Shown one piece after another: positions 33,481-42,941 of a stretch of 64,000 bases of DNA. Under the pieces are notes generated by a model, which did not search any database, was not told the DNA's origin, and saw only the letters and a list, made by a program, of their open reading frames with translations. How positions within the stretch are numbered: position 1 is the stretch's first letter; each line of letters opens with the position of its first letter. Source of the stretch: Methanothermococcus sp. Ax23. Its GTDB lineage: Archaea > AGJL01 > Methanococci > Methanococcales > Methanococcaceae. The DNA is taken from the NCBI RefSeq assembly GCF_049075655.1, contig NZ_CP157522.1, positions 832,001 to 896,000 of the forward strand, given 5' to 3'. The position numbers and the translations under genes were made by a program.

Positions 33481-33692
33481 ATGAAATATTAATATTAAAA
33501 ATAACAAATCGATGCAATCTAAATTGCATTTATTGTTATGCAAATCCATGTCCAACATTGGAGGGATATTTTTATATGGGGAATATAAATAATTCTAATG
33601 GTAAAGAAAAATTAATCTTATTTAAAATTAAATGTGATTATTGTTTTGCAAAAAAGTTTTTTAGGGATAGATACGATATTTTGGTGGAATAA
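33481..33692 (+). pseudogene. Internally deleted, frameshifted radical SAM/SPASM-type gene remnant
   Basis: ATG 33481 followed by a 1-nt shift, then ILKITNRCNLNCIYCYAN (CxxxCxxC) joined in frame to PCPTLEGYFYMGNI...CDYC..., TAA 33690-33692 overlapping the next ATG. Confidence 0.75.
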
Positions 33693-34453
33693 TGAAAATT
33701 GGCGTATCCAGTAGTATCTTTTTAGATTCAGATAAAAATTTGCGATATTCGTTGGAATTTTTAGAAAAAAAGGTTAGATATGTTGAGTTAGTTTGTGATG
33801 GTAATATAAATACCATGGGGAAAGAAAATATTGACATTCCCCAGTCCTATGATTTAAATTACACACTGCACTGTCCCTTAACTGATTTAAATCTATCTTC
33901 TTTTAGGGAAAAAATAAGAAATGCCAGTTTAGATTTTGTTAAGGATATTTTGAAAACTGCTGATAGAACTAATGCAAATTTGGCTGTTCTGCATCCTGGT
34001 TATTGTATTTTTAAATATGATTATAAAAAAGCATCAAATGCACTGATAAAATCTTTAAAAGATTTAAATGATATTCAAAATGAATATTCTATAAAAATAA
34101 CCATTGAAAACATGCCGTCGTATAACATGTTTATGTTTAGAGAACCAATAGATGAAATTATGGATAATTTAGGAGATTTGGACATTACTTTTGATATCGG
34201 ACATTCTTTTTTAAATAAAAATATTGATAAGTTTTTAGATGATGAATTAATTGAAAGAATATCGCACATCCATATTCATGATAATAATGGAGAGCTCGAT
34301 GAGCATCTATGTATTGGAAAGGGCAAAATTGATTTTAAGAAGTATGGAGGTAAAATCAAAAAAATAAAGTGCATAAAAATGATTGAAATGCAGAACAAAA
34401 GCCTTGGTGATTTGGATTTGTGCATTGAACGATTAAAAAATTTATTAATTTAA
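33692..34453 (+). CDS. Sugar phosphate isomerase/epimerase (AP endonuclease 2 TIM barrel)
   Basis: LHCP..DLN, HPG, IENMP, FDIGH, HIHDN...EH. Confidence 0.85.
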   Translation: MKIGVSSSIFLDSDKNLRYSLEFLEKKVRYVELVCDGNINTMGKENIDIPQSYDLNYTLHCPLTDLNLSSFREKIRNASLDFVKDILKTADRTNANLAVLHPGYCIFKYDYKKASNALIKSLKDLNDIQNEYSIKITIENMPSYNMFMFREPIDEIMDNLGDLDITFDIGHSFLNKNIDKFLDDELIERISHIHIHDNNGELDEHLCIGKGKIDFKKYGGKIKKIKCIKMIEMQNKSLGDLDLCIERLKNLLI

Positions 34454-34817
34454 TATTTATTCCTTCAAATATATTATATCCCATTATTCGAATTTAAATT
34501 AAATTATATATTGAATTAGATAAAGTAAAAAATAATAAATAATGGGGGGCGTATATTTCACCAATATATTATTGAATAATTATTATCGTATGATTAATTA
34601 TAGTTATTGTATGAATATGTATGATTGTATGGTTATCAATTAAATAATTTAACTAAATAATTTATTAGTTATATCCATTATATTTTAATATACAATTACG
34701 TACAATTGCTTCACGAAATTCGCACCTTTTGTAAAAAAATTGGGCGAAAAATGAACCGCAATCGTTATATGTATATGACTGTTTTTATGTTGTTGATAAC
34801 ATATTTCTGGTGATTAA

Positions 34818-37124
34818 ATGATAAGTAGTAAAAAATATAGCAATTTTAAAATAGAAGTCATTAAAAAAGACGGGGCAAGGGAAAATTTCAATGTCAATAA
34901 ACTGGTTAAATCTCTTTTAAATTCTGAGGTGGATTACGAGCATATAGATTCAATTATTAGTGTTGTTTGTGGCAAGATTTATGATAAAATTTCCACAGAT
35001 GAAATAAAGCGTATTGTATGTGAGGTTCTTAAAGAAATAGATAATCAAAAAGGAACGAAATATGCAAAAAACTATCAGTTTAAAAATGTCTTAAAGGTCA
35101 GAACTTCAAAAAATGAATTTCAGCCATTTGATAAAAACAGTATAATAGCCACACTTGTGGATGAAACAGGTTTAGATAAAAAAACTGCTGAAAAAATCAG
35201 TAATGAGATTGAAAAGGAAATAAAAAAATTAAATTTAAAATATCTTACCGCACCAATGATAAGGGAGCTCGTAAATGCAAAACTAATTGAACATGGGTTG
35301 GAGGAGTTCAGACAAAAACACACAAGATTAGGAATCCCTATATATGACATTAAAAAACTCATAAATCAAGGAAGTAGAGAGAATGCAAATTTAATGCACA
35401 ACCCAGAATCAATTCATAAGTGGGTGGCAGACGAAACAATGAAGCAGTATGCCCTATTGGAGGTATTTCCAAAACATATAGCCGATGCACACATGAAGGG
35501 AGACATACATTTGCATGATTTAGAATACGCTGCAATAAGGCCAGTTTGCTGTCAGCATGATTTAAGGAATTTCTTTATGCATGGTTTAAAGGTTGATGGG
35601 ACAGGAAGGCACACAAGTGTTTCAAAGCCTGCAAAACATGCTGAGGTAGCAATACAGCATGCTGCTAAGGTTTTAAGTGCGGCACAATGTGAAATGAGTG
35701 GAGGACAATCCATAGATGAATTTAACATATGGCTTGCTCCATATATGAAAGGATTACCTTATGATAGGATAAAACAGCTTATGCAGATGTTTATTTACGA
35801 AATGAACCAAATGTATGTGGCCAGAGGAGGTCAGACAGTTTTCAGTAGCATAAATTTGGAATTGGAGGTTCCAGAGTTCTTAAAAGATAAACCAGCAGTG
35901 ATTGCAGGAACAACAAGGGGAACTTATGGGGAATATGAAGAAGAGGCTAAGATGATATTGGAGGCATTGGTTGATGTAATGATGGAAGGTGATGCAGTTG
36001 GAAAGCCATTCTTATTCCCAAACTTCATCGTAAAATTAAGGGAGAAAGCGTTTAGCGATGAAAATAAAGAACTGATGATAAAACTCCACAAATTGAGCAG
36101 TAAATGGGGATTGCCATACTTTATAAATATGCTTCCAGACTGGCAGGCAAACAACACAAATGCCATGGGATGTAGAACCAGATTAAGCGGAGATTGGACC
36201 GGAGATACTGAAAACGATACCCTTAGAACTGGAAATATGCAGTGGTATACCCTTAACCTTCCAAGAATTGCCTATGAAGCAGGCGGGGATGACGACAAAT
36301 TGTTTGAGATAATCGATGAAAAATTGGCAATACTTGTTGAAGCTCTAAATATAAAGCACAATACCACCATGAAAATACTTAATGATAGAATAATGCCTTT
36401 CATGACTCAGAAATTTGGCGATGAACAATATTATAGATACGACAGCACCACAAAGACCTTTGGATTTGTCGGATTAAATGAAATGTTAAAATTCCATTTG
36501 GGAGAGGAATTACACACGTCAAAAGATGCGGTGGTATTTGGGGAGAAGGTTATCCAGCATATTAGAAGTTATGCGGATAACTTGAAAAAAGAAACAGGTT
36601 TAAGATGGACAGTAACTCAAACACCAGCTGAGAGCACAGCAGGAAGATTTGCAAGACTGGATTACAAATACTACAAAGATGAAACAAAATCTGTGGTAAA
36701 TGGTGATTTGACAGATGAGCTCACTCTATATTATACAAATTCATCACATGTTAAAGTTAATTCACCAACTACACTTGGTGAAAAAATAAGAATTGAGGAA
36801 AAATTCCACCCGTTGTGTAATGGTGGGCATATAGGACATTTCTGGAATGCTGAGGCTTATGCAGACCCTGAGGTTCTGATGGATATAACAAAGAAAATAG
36901 CAGAAAAATCCAACATTGGATTCTGGACTTACACGAAAAATCTTAGCATCTGTGAAAACTGTGGTAAGGGCATGGCAGGATTAAGGAACAACTGTAATCA
37001 GTGTGGGAGCTCCGATGTTCAAAAGTTCAGCAGAATCACAGGATATTTACAAAATGTTTCAAACTGGAATAGTGCAAAACAGCAGGAATTGATGGATAGG
37101 AAAAGTAATATTCCTAGAATTTAG
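34818..37124 (+). CDS. nrdD: Anaerobic (class III) ribonucleoside-triphosphate reductase with two ATP cones, no intein
   Basis: VIKKDG and VRTS ATP cones, IHLHDLEY, MGCRT, PAES, YTNS, CxxC..CxxC, RITGYL glycyl-radical motif. Confidence 0.95.
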   Translation: MISSKKYSNFKIEVIKKDGARENFNVNKLVKSLLNSEVDYEHIDSIISVVCGKIYDKISTDEIKRIVCEVLKEIDNQKGTKYAKNYQFKNVLKVRTSKNEFQPFDKNSIIATLVDETGLDKKTAEKISNEIEKEIKKLNLKYLTAPMIRELVNAKLIEHGLEEFRQKHTRLGIPIYDIKKLINQGSRENANLMHNPESIHKWVADETMKQYALLEVFPKHIADAHMKGDIHLHDLEYAAIRPVCCQHDLRNFFMHGLKVDGTGRHTSVSKPAKHAEVAIQHAAKVLSAAQCEMSGGQSIDEFNIWLAPYMKGLPYDRIKQLMQMFIYEMNQMYVARGGQTVFSSINLELEVPEFLKDKPAVIAGTTRGTYGEYEEEAKMILEALVDVMMEGDAVGKPFLFPNFIVKLREKAFSDENKELMIKLHKLSSKWGLPYFINMLPDWQANNTNAMGCRTRLSGDWTGDTENDTLRTGNMQWYTLNLPRIAYEAGGDDDKLFEIIDEKLAILVEALNIKHNTTMKILNDRIMPFMTQKFGDEQYYRYDSTTKTFGFVGLNEMLKFHLGEELHTSKDAVVFGEKVIQHIRSYADNLKKETGLRWTVTQTPAESTAGRFARLDYKYYKDETKSVVNGDLTDELTLYYTNSSHVKVNSPTTLGEKIRIEEKFHPLCNGGHIGHFWNAEAYADPEVLMDITKKIAEKSNIGFWTYTKNLSICENCGKGMAGLRNNCNQCGSSDVQKFSRITGYLQNVSNWNSAKQQELMDRKSNIPRI

Positions 37125-37921
37125 GTTCCAAAACGAACGAAGTGAGTTTTGGACTTTTGATGCAACTTTTTTTTAAAAGTTGCGTGGGAAACAGCAGGAA
37201 TTGATGGATAGGAAAAGTAATATTCCTAGAATTTAGGTTCCAAAACGAACGAAGTGAGTTTTGGACTTTTGATGCAACTTTTTTTTAAAAGTTGCGTGGG
37301 AAACAGCAGGAATTGATGGATAGGAAAAGTAATATTCCTAGAATTTAGGTTCCAAAACGAACGAAGTGAGTTTTGGACTTTTGATGCAACTTTTTTTTAA
37401 AAGTTGCGTGGGAAACAGCAGGAATTGATGGATAGGAAAAGTAATATTCCTAGAATTTAGGTTCCAAAACGAACGAAGTGAGTTTTGGACTTTTGATGCA
37501 ACTTTTTTTTAAAAGTTGCGTGGGAAACAGCAGGAATTGATGGATAGGAAAAGTAATATTCCTAGAATTTAGGTTCCAAAACGAACGAAGTGAGTTTTGG
37601 ACTTTTGATGCAACTTTTTTTTAAAAGTTGCGTGGGAAACAGCAGGAATTGATGGATAGGAAAAGTAATATTCCTAGAATTTAGGTTCCAAAACGAACGA
37701 AGTGAGTTTTGGACTTTTGATGCAACTTTTTTTTAAAAGTTGCGTGGGAAACAGCAGGAATTGATGGATAGGAAAAGTAATATTCCTAGAATTTAGGTTC
37801 CAAAACGAACGAAGTGAGTTTTGGACTTTTGATGCAACTTTTTTTTAAAAGTTGCGTGGGAAACAGCAGGAATTGATGGATAGGAAAAGTAATATTCCTA
37901 GAATTTAGGTTCCAAAACGAA
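37077..37921. repeat. Perfect tandem array: 7 full 112-bp units plus a 61-bp partial
   Basis: Units start at 37077, 37189, 37301, 37413, 37525, 37637, 37749, 37861; unit = last 48 nt of nrdD including TAG plus a 64-nt double palindrome; no spacers. Confidence 0.95.
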
Positions 37922-37960
37922 TGAATCGGGACTTAATTTTTTATAATTTTTTTATTTTAC

Positions 37961-38329
37961 GATAAACCGCCGAGAAAGCCAACGATTTTAATCGTTATAC
38001 AAAACATAGTTTTGTAAAATCTCTTATGAGATTGGATTAGAGGCGGACATTATAATTAGTCAGTAGTAAAACATAAATATTTGAAGTTTCATAGTGAATA
38101 ATGCTACCAGTCCAAGTATCTATGGGTAGGGTTAGTAAAAACTCTACCGCTGGTAGTGGTTGGAAGTGCATAGCGTAGCCCTGAACCCATTAATGGGTAG
38201 GGGTAGTGGGCTTGGCCACCCTTGTAGGGTTAAACCCTGCTAAAATTAGACGAAATCACTTCATGATTTCGTTGCTCGCTTACTACCGTAAGCGAGAACC
38301 CCACGACTTCAGTCGTGGGAGTAGGTCAG
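37961..38329 (+). mobile_element. Non-autonomous IS200/IS605 mini-element, sibling of 61023-62541
   Basis: Preceded by TTTAC; left end GATAAACCGCCGAGAA..GAGGCGGACAT and right end CCCCACGACTTCAGTCGTGGGAGTAGGTCAG match the ends of the tnpB element. Confidence 0.9.
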
Positions 38330-38343
38330 AGATCAAGTTTTTT
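38101..38343 (+). ncRNA. Putative stand-alone TnpB omega-RNA (reRNA) with guide
   Basis: TATA-like ATAAATAT at 38073-38080; stacked hairpins homologous to tnpB-internal and tnpB 3' blocks; right end at 38329, then a short flank and T6 at 38338-38343. Confidence 0.5.
38246..38295. repeat. 50-bp double-hairpin element within the mini-element right arm
   Basis: Reverse complement of 61057-61106 with one difference. Confidence 0.85.
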
Positions 38344-38361
38344 AACATGTATATTATTGAA

Positions 38362-40005
38362 TTATTTTTGTTGTCTATCTCTCAGTATATCTTCAATAAG
38401 AGATTTTATCATAATTTCATGGGATAATTTATACACTTCCGCTTCATTTTTATTATATATTTCAACAATATTCAATAATTCATTGGATAATGGAGTTTCC
38501 ATGCAGGAGTCCTTAGGTAGAATATATACTTTTTTACCATCTTCTAGTTCAACTTCAACGCACTCTGATTTCAAAGCTACAATTACAGGGGGTCCGTCAT
38601 ATCCTTCTATTTTTATTTCAGGTCTTTTAATACCATCTACATTACTATTTTGGATAAATTCTTTCTTTTTTTCATCAATTAGACTTAATATATCAAGTAT
38701 GTTCATGTTTTTATTGTGGTTGGATGGATTTAATTTTTTGATTTCAGCATATAATCCATCTAATAGTTCGGATGGATAATATTCTATAACTTCTTTTAGA
38801 AAACGCATATTATTTGCATCATTTAGGTTGCGCACCGCATTTAAAATCACATTTAATACTTTTTTATCGATATATCGACCTTTTATTAATGCCAATGTAG
38901 CTTCATGACATAGCTCGGAATTGTTTAATTTTTCTTTAACTAAATCTAAACACTTTGTAAGATATTTTTGATTATATAGTCCCAAGTTTCCAATAATTCT
39001 CATGGCATTTTTAACAACCCAATTATCATTATCATTTAGTAGATGGCAGATTTTGTCTGAAATGAGTATTGCAGACGGATTAACCATTGATAAATTATGA
39101 AGTAAATACATTGCTGATTTTTTGACATCATCATTGTTTAGGAGCTCATCCAGTTTTAAACCTTCAAACTTTTTAGGCTCTAAATAACATAATCTTCCCA
39201 ATGACAGTAAAGAATATGACTTTAACATATCGTCATTTGAATTTAGATTATTTATTAAAGGACCTATTGAGTCTTTAAAGTATTCTGTATTTTTTTTGCT
39301 TAGTTTCCATATTGCATATGCACAATATTTTCGGAGCTCTAAACTTCCATTTAGATTTTTTATAATGTTGTATGCAATTTCTTTATTGAGGTTTATGTCT
39401 TCAATGTTCCCCAATATTTTAAGAACGTTGATTTTTATAACGTCGCTATCATCATCAAGAAATTTTAATATCTCATTTAAATAGTTTTTTACGATATTTG
39501 GCTGCACTTCACTTATGTTTTTAATAATTTCGACTAGTAGATATTTGTTTGTTATTTTTTTTATGGTATAATCTATTAATTTTGATTTATTTTTACACTG
39601 CGGGTTTAAAGTAATTTTTGTAATTGAATATGCTGCTGAGCACACCACCCCAGGATTAGGATCTTCCAATTTGCACAGAATATTTTTGATATAATTTTTC
39701 ACCATGTCGAATTTTATAAATCCGATATTTCCAATAATATCCAAGGTATTTTTCCTAATTCTCCAATCTTTATCATCTAATAATACAATTATATCTGGCA
39801 TGATTTCTTTGAGAATTTGTGGATTTGATATTGAAATTAATGATAGAGAGTTGAGTAATGATAATTTTACTTTGAAATCTCCACCAATGACTGCTGCTTT
39901 AAATTTTGATATTGAATGGTGCATAGTTAGATCCGTAAGAAAATTAGAATTTTGGCTGATCGGATGTTCAAATCGTTCCTGGTCGTTAAGTAATTTTTTC
40001 ATCAT
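38362..40005 (-). CDS. HEAT/ARM-repeat protein
   Basis: Repeated LLDD.D..VR..AL..LG-type units; divergent from the fla operon. Confidence 0.8.
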   Translation of the reverse strand: MMKKLLNDQERFEHPISQNSNFLTDLTMHHSISKFKAAVIGGDFKVKLSLLNSLSLISISNPQILKEIMPDIIVLLDDKDWRIRKNTLDIIGNIGFIKFDMVKNYIKNILCKLEDPNPGVVCSAAYSITKITLNPQCKNKSKLIDYTIKKITNKYLLVEIIKNISEVQPNIVKNYLNEILKFLDDDSDVIKINVLKILGNIEDINLNKEIAYNIIKNLNGSLELRKYCAYAIWKLSKKNTEYFKDSIGPLINNLNSNDDMLKSYSLLSLGRLCYLEPKKFEGLKLDELLNNDDVKKSAMYLLHNLSMVNPSAILISDKICHLLNDNDNWVVKNAMRIIGNLGLYNQKYLTKCLDLVKEKLNNSELCHEATLALIKGRYIDKKVLNVILNAVRNLNDANNMRFLKEVIEYYPSELLDGLYAEIKKLNPSNHNKNMNILDILSLIDEKKKEFIQNSNVDGIKRPEIKIEGYDGPPVIVALKSECVEVELEDGKKVYILPKDSCMETPLSNELLNIVEIYNKNEAEVYKLSHEIMIKSLIEDILRDRQQK

Positions 40006-40096
40006 AATGCCGCCCACTTAACTTTTTAAATTATAATTTTTAAAACTTTATCCCTTTAAAAAATAATGCACTCAATAATATATTAATATTAAAGGG

Positions 40097-40151
40097 TATG
40101 TCAATTTACAGGTTTTTATGTAGGTATGTCTTAATTTAAAAAACTTTATTT
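40097..40151 (+). promoter_or_regulatory. Probable fla operon promoter with EarA-like TATGT(A/C) boxes
   Basis: TATGTC 40097, TATGTA 40117, TATGTC 40125 upstream of an A-rich BRE and TTTATTT; TACATA is the reported EarA site in M. maripaludis. Confidence 0.5.
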
Positions 40152-40351
40152 TACCTACACAAAGAGCTGCAAAACCGCATGCAGTAAAGGATACAAAAAA
40201 AGCTTTTATTTAATGAAATAAACATAATATAGTGAAATAATTAAAATGAGGTGAGAGCAAAATATCCATACTATCGATATGGAATATCGAAATCAGAATT
40301 GATTGCCAAGAGCCTGCGACAATGAAATGACAAATACAGGAGGGAGATATT

Positions 40352-41344
40352 ATGAAAATAAAAGTACTTGAATTTTTAAAGAACAAAAAAGGTGCCATGG
40401 GAATTGGAACTTTAATAATATTCATTGCTATGGTATTAGTTGCAGCAGTTGCAGCAAGCGTATTGATTAATACAAGTGGATTCTTACAACAAAAAGCATC
40501 ATCCACAGGTAAAGAAAGTACAGAACAAGTTGCTAGTGGATTGTTGTGCAGTGGAGTAAGCGGACATATTTTTAAATACGACAATAAATACTACGATTTA
40601 GATAAAATGGTAATGTATATATCACCAAACGCTGGAAGTGCTCCAATTGACTTAAAACAGGCTAAATTATTCTTAACATACGATGGTCAAAGCGTAGTAT
40701 TGAAGTATGGAGGTAAAATATCTGCTACGGATGGAAGCCAGGATGTATTCAATTTAAAACATGATATTGTATTTAACACATCAGACTACAGTGGAATAAC
40801 TGCTACATTAATAGACAACGGTGTAGATAGTAAATATATTGTATTAGAGGCTAGTGATAATAAATCAATAGCATTATTGAAAAGTTTGTGGAATGGTGAA
40901 GCTATAACTAAGTTAGAGTATAATGATGGTTCTTCCACAACAACAGCGACTGCTCCTTCTGTTAATTCAACAGGTGTTTATGACGCAGATGCTGGAACCT
41001 ATACTGTAACTATAACAACAGGTACTGCATCAACAGGTACTGCATCATCAACACCATTAACCTGGGTATATATTAGTGACGATGATGCTATCTGGGGAGG
41101 AGCAAACGACAAACAGTTCTTAGTAGCTCCATTACAAGACAACGACGGTTCAGTAACAAGTGCTGGAGTTATCAACAAAGGAGATATAGTAGCTATATTG
41201 GTAAATTCACAGGCAGCATTTAATGCAGAAATTCCTGAAAGACAAGCTATATCAGGTAAGTTGCAGCCAGAGTTCGGAGCTCCTGCGGTTGTTGATTTCA
41301 CAACACCAGTTGCATACACCAAAGAAGTTATGGAATTACAATAA
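40352..41344 (+). CDS. flaB1: Archaellin
   Basis: Class III signal [24 protein letters not shown]. Confidence 0.95.
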   Translation: MKIKVLEFLKNKKGAMGIGTLIIFIAMVLVAAVAASVLINTSGFLQQKASSTGKESTEQVASGLLCSGVSGHIFKYDNKYYDLDKMVMYISPNAGSAPIDLKQAKLFLTYDGQSVVLKYGGKISATDGSQDVFNLKHDIVFNTSDYSGITATLIDNGVDSKYIVLEASDNKSIALLKSLWNGEAITKLEYNDGSSTTTATAPSVNSTGVYDADAGTYTVTITTGTASTGTASSTPLTWVYISDDDAIWGGANDKQFLVAPLQDNDGSVTSAGVINKGDIVAILVNSQAAFNAEIPERQAISGKLQPEFGAPAVVDFTTPVAYTKEVMELQ

Positions 41345-41375
41345 TTACCTAAATACCTTTTAGGAGGGAGATATT

Positions 41376-42038
41376 ATGAAAATAAAAATACTTGAATTCT
41401 TAAAGAACAAAAAAGGTGCCATGGGAATTGGAACTTTAATAGTATTCATTGCTATGGTATTAGTTGCAGCAGTTGCAGCAAGCGTATTAATTAACACAAG
41501 TGGATTCTTACAACAAAAAGCGTCAGCCACAGGTAAGCAAAGCACAGAACAAGTAGCTAGTGGTATACAGGTATTACAAGTTATGGGTATGCATAACACA
41601 TCCAACATAAATAAAACTGTAATATATATTTCACCAAACGCTGGAAGTGCTCCAATTGATTTGAGTCAGGCTGTTGTTATGGTAAGTGATGGTTCTACAA
41701 AATTGGTTGCAAAATACAACATATCAAATGCAAATACCACAGATACTCAAATCAAAGATGGAGGTTCAGTATTTGATAGTGGAGTATGGGGTAATATCTC
41801 ATCAACAGAATTTGGTATTATAGTAGTTCAAGATGCAGATGGTTCATGCACTGCTAAAACACCAGTTATCAACAAGGGAGATATTGTAGCAATAGCATTA
41901 AATACCACAGGATTAAAAATGGGTCCAAGGTCAGATATAACAGGTACAATACAGCCAGAGTTCGGAGCTCCTGGTGTGATATCATTCACAACCCCTGCAA
42001 CATACATAAATGGTTCAAGAGTAATACAGCTTCAATAA
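41376..42038 (+). CDS. flaB2: Archaellin
   Basis: Same archaellin N-terminus; PEFGAPG C-terminal motif. Confidence 0.95.
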   Translation: MKIKILEFLKNKKGAMGIGTLIVFIAMVLVAAVAASVLINTSGFLQQKASATGKQSTEQVASGIQVLQVMGMHNTSNINKTVIYISPNAGSAPIDLSQAVVMVSDGSTKLVAKYNISNANTTDTQIKDGGSVFDSGVWGNISSTEFGIIVVQDADGSCTAKTPVINKGDIVAIALNTTGLKMGPRSDITGTIQPEFGAPGVISFTTPATYINGSRVIQLQ

Positions 42039-42072
42039 ATTATTAAATTCTCTATTTTTTTGAGGTGAATTT

Positions 42073-42930
42073 ATGTTGGAATTCCTTAAAAATAAAAGGG
42101 GTGCTATTGGTATTGGGACCTTAATTATATTTATTGCCCTAGTATTAGTTGCAGCAGTTGCAGCAGCGGTAATTATAAACACAGCTGGAAAATTACAACA
42201 CAAAGCATCTACTGTTGGTCAGGAAAGCACTAAACAAGTAGCAAGTGGTATTCAGGTTATCAAAGTTGCAGGATATGCAGATGTTAATTCTACGGATTCT
42301 TTTATAGTTATAAACACAACATCCAATGAGACCATAATAAACAACTCTGCATATCGGAATACAGTGGATAGCTCCCAGTATGGGTATATAAAAGGTATGG
42401 CCATATTTGTAGGGCCAAATATTGGCGATGATATAGATTTAACATCTACAATAATTACCGTGTCAAATGAAGATAAAAAGGTATCATTGGTATACTCCGG
42501 CATTATCAAACATGCTGATACAAATGGTACTGAGGATATATTCAAGGGATTGGTTCTTGAAGGGGCTAACGATTCAGTTAATACCACTGTGGTAAATACC
42601 ACTGAAGGAGAACATGTTAATGGAAGCTATATTGTAATCAGAAATTCAAATGAAATTACCGTAGGAAAGGATGGATGGGTATTAAACAACGTGCCTAAAT
42701 TTGGAATAATCGTTTTACAGGATTCTGATAAATCTACATACGGAGCTCACCCTACGGTTAACTATGGGGATAAAGTTGTACTTACAGTAAATACTGGTGC
42801 CATATTTAATCCTGGCGTGGCTACAAGAGATGTAATATCTGGGGAGGTAATCCCAGAATATGGTGCATCAGGAATAATCGAGTTTAGAACACCATCAGTA
42901 TTTGGTGGTAAAGTAGTAGCTCTTCAATAA
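42073..42930 (+). CDS. flaB3: Archaellin (FlaB3-type minor)
   Basis: [24 protein letters not shown]. Confidence 0.92.
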   Translation: MLEFLKNKRGAIGIGTLIIFIALVLVAAVAAAVIINTAGKLQHKASTVGQESTKQVASGIQVIKVAGYADVNSTDSFIVINTTSNETIINNSAYRNTVDSSQYGYIKGMAIFVGPNIGDDIDLTSTIITVSNEDKKVSLVYSGIIKHADTNGTEDIFKGLVLEGANDSVNTTVVNTTEGEHVNGSYIVIRNSNEITVGKDGWVLNNVPKFGIIVLQDSDKSTYGAHPTVNYGDKVVLTVNTGAIFNPGVATRDVISGEVIPEYGASGIIEFRTPSVFGGKVVALQ

Positions 42931-42941
42931 TGGGTGAAAAA

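Noticed and set aside
37077-37921. CRISPR array
   Set aside because: Units are 112 bp and identical, with no unique spacers, and there are no cas genes in the window.
38330-38345. Mini-element guide targeting the neighbouring fla operon (TldR-like regulation)
   Set aside because: I found no TTTAC-adjacent match to the flank sequence in the window by eye; proximity alone is not evidence.
38206-38779. Plus-strand ORFs 38206-38427 and 38315-38779
   Set aside because: They overlap the mini-element end and lie antisense to the HEAT gene, with no RBS or recognisable motifs.
40339-41560. Near-identical 5' regions of flaB1 and flaB2 as a novel repeat
   Set aside because: Explained by the conserved archaellin N-terminus in tandem paralogues.
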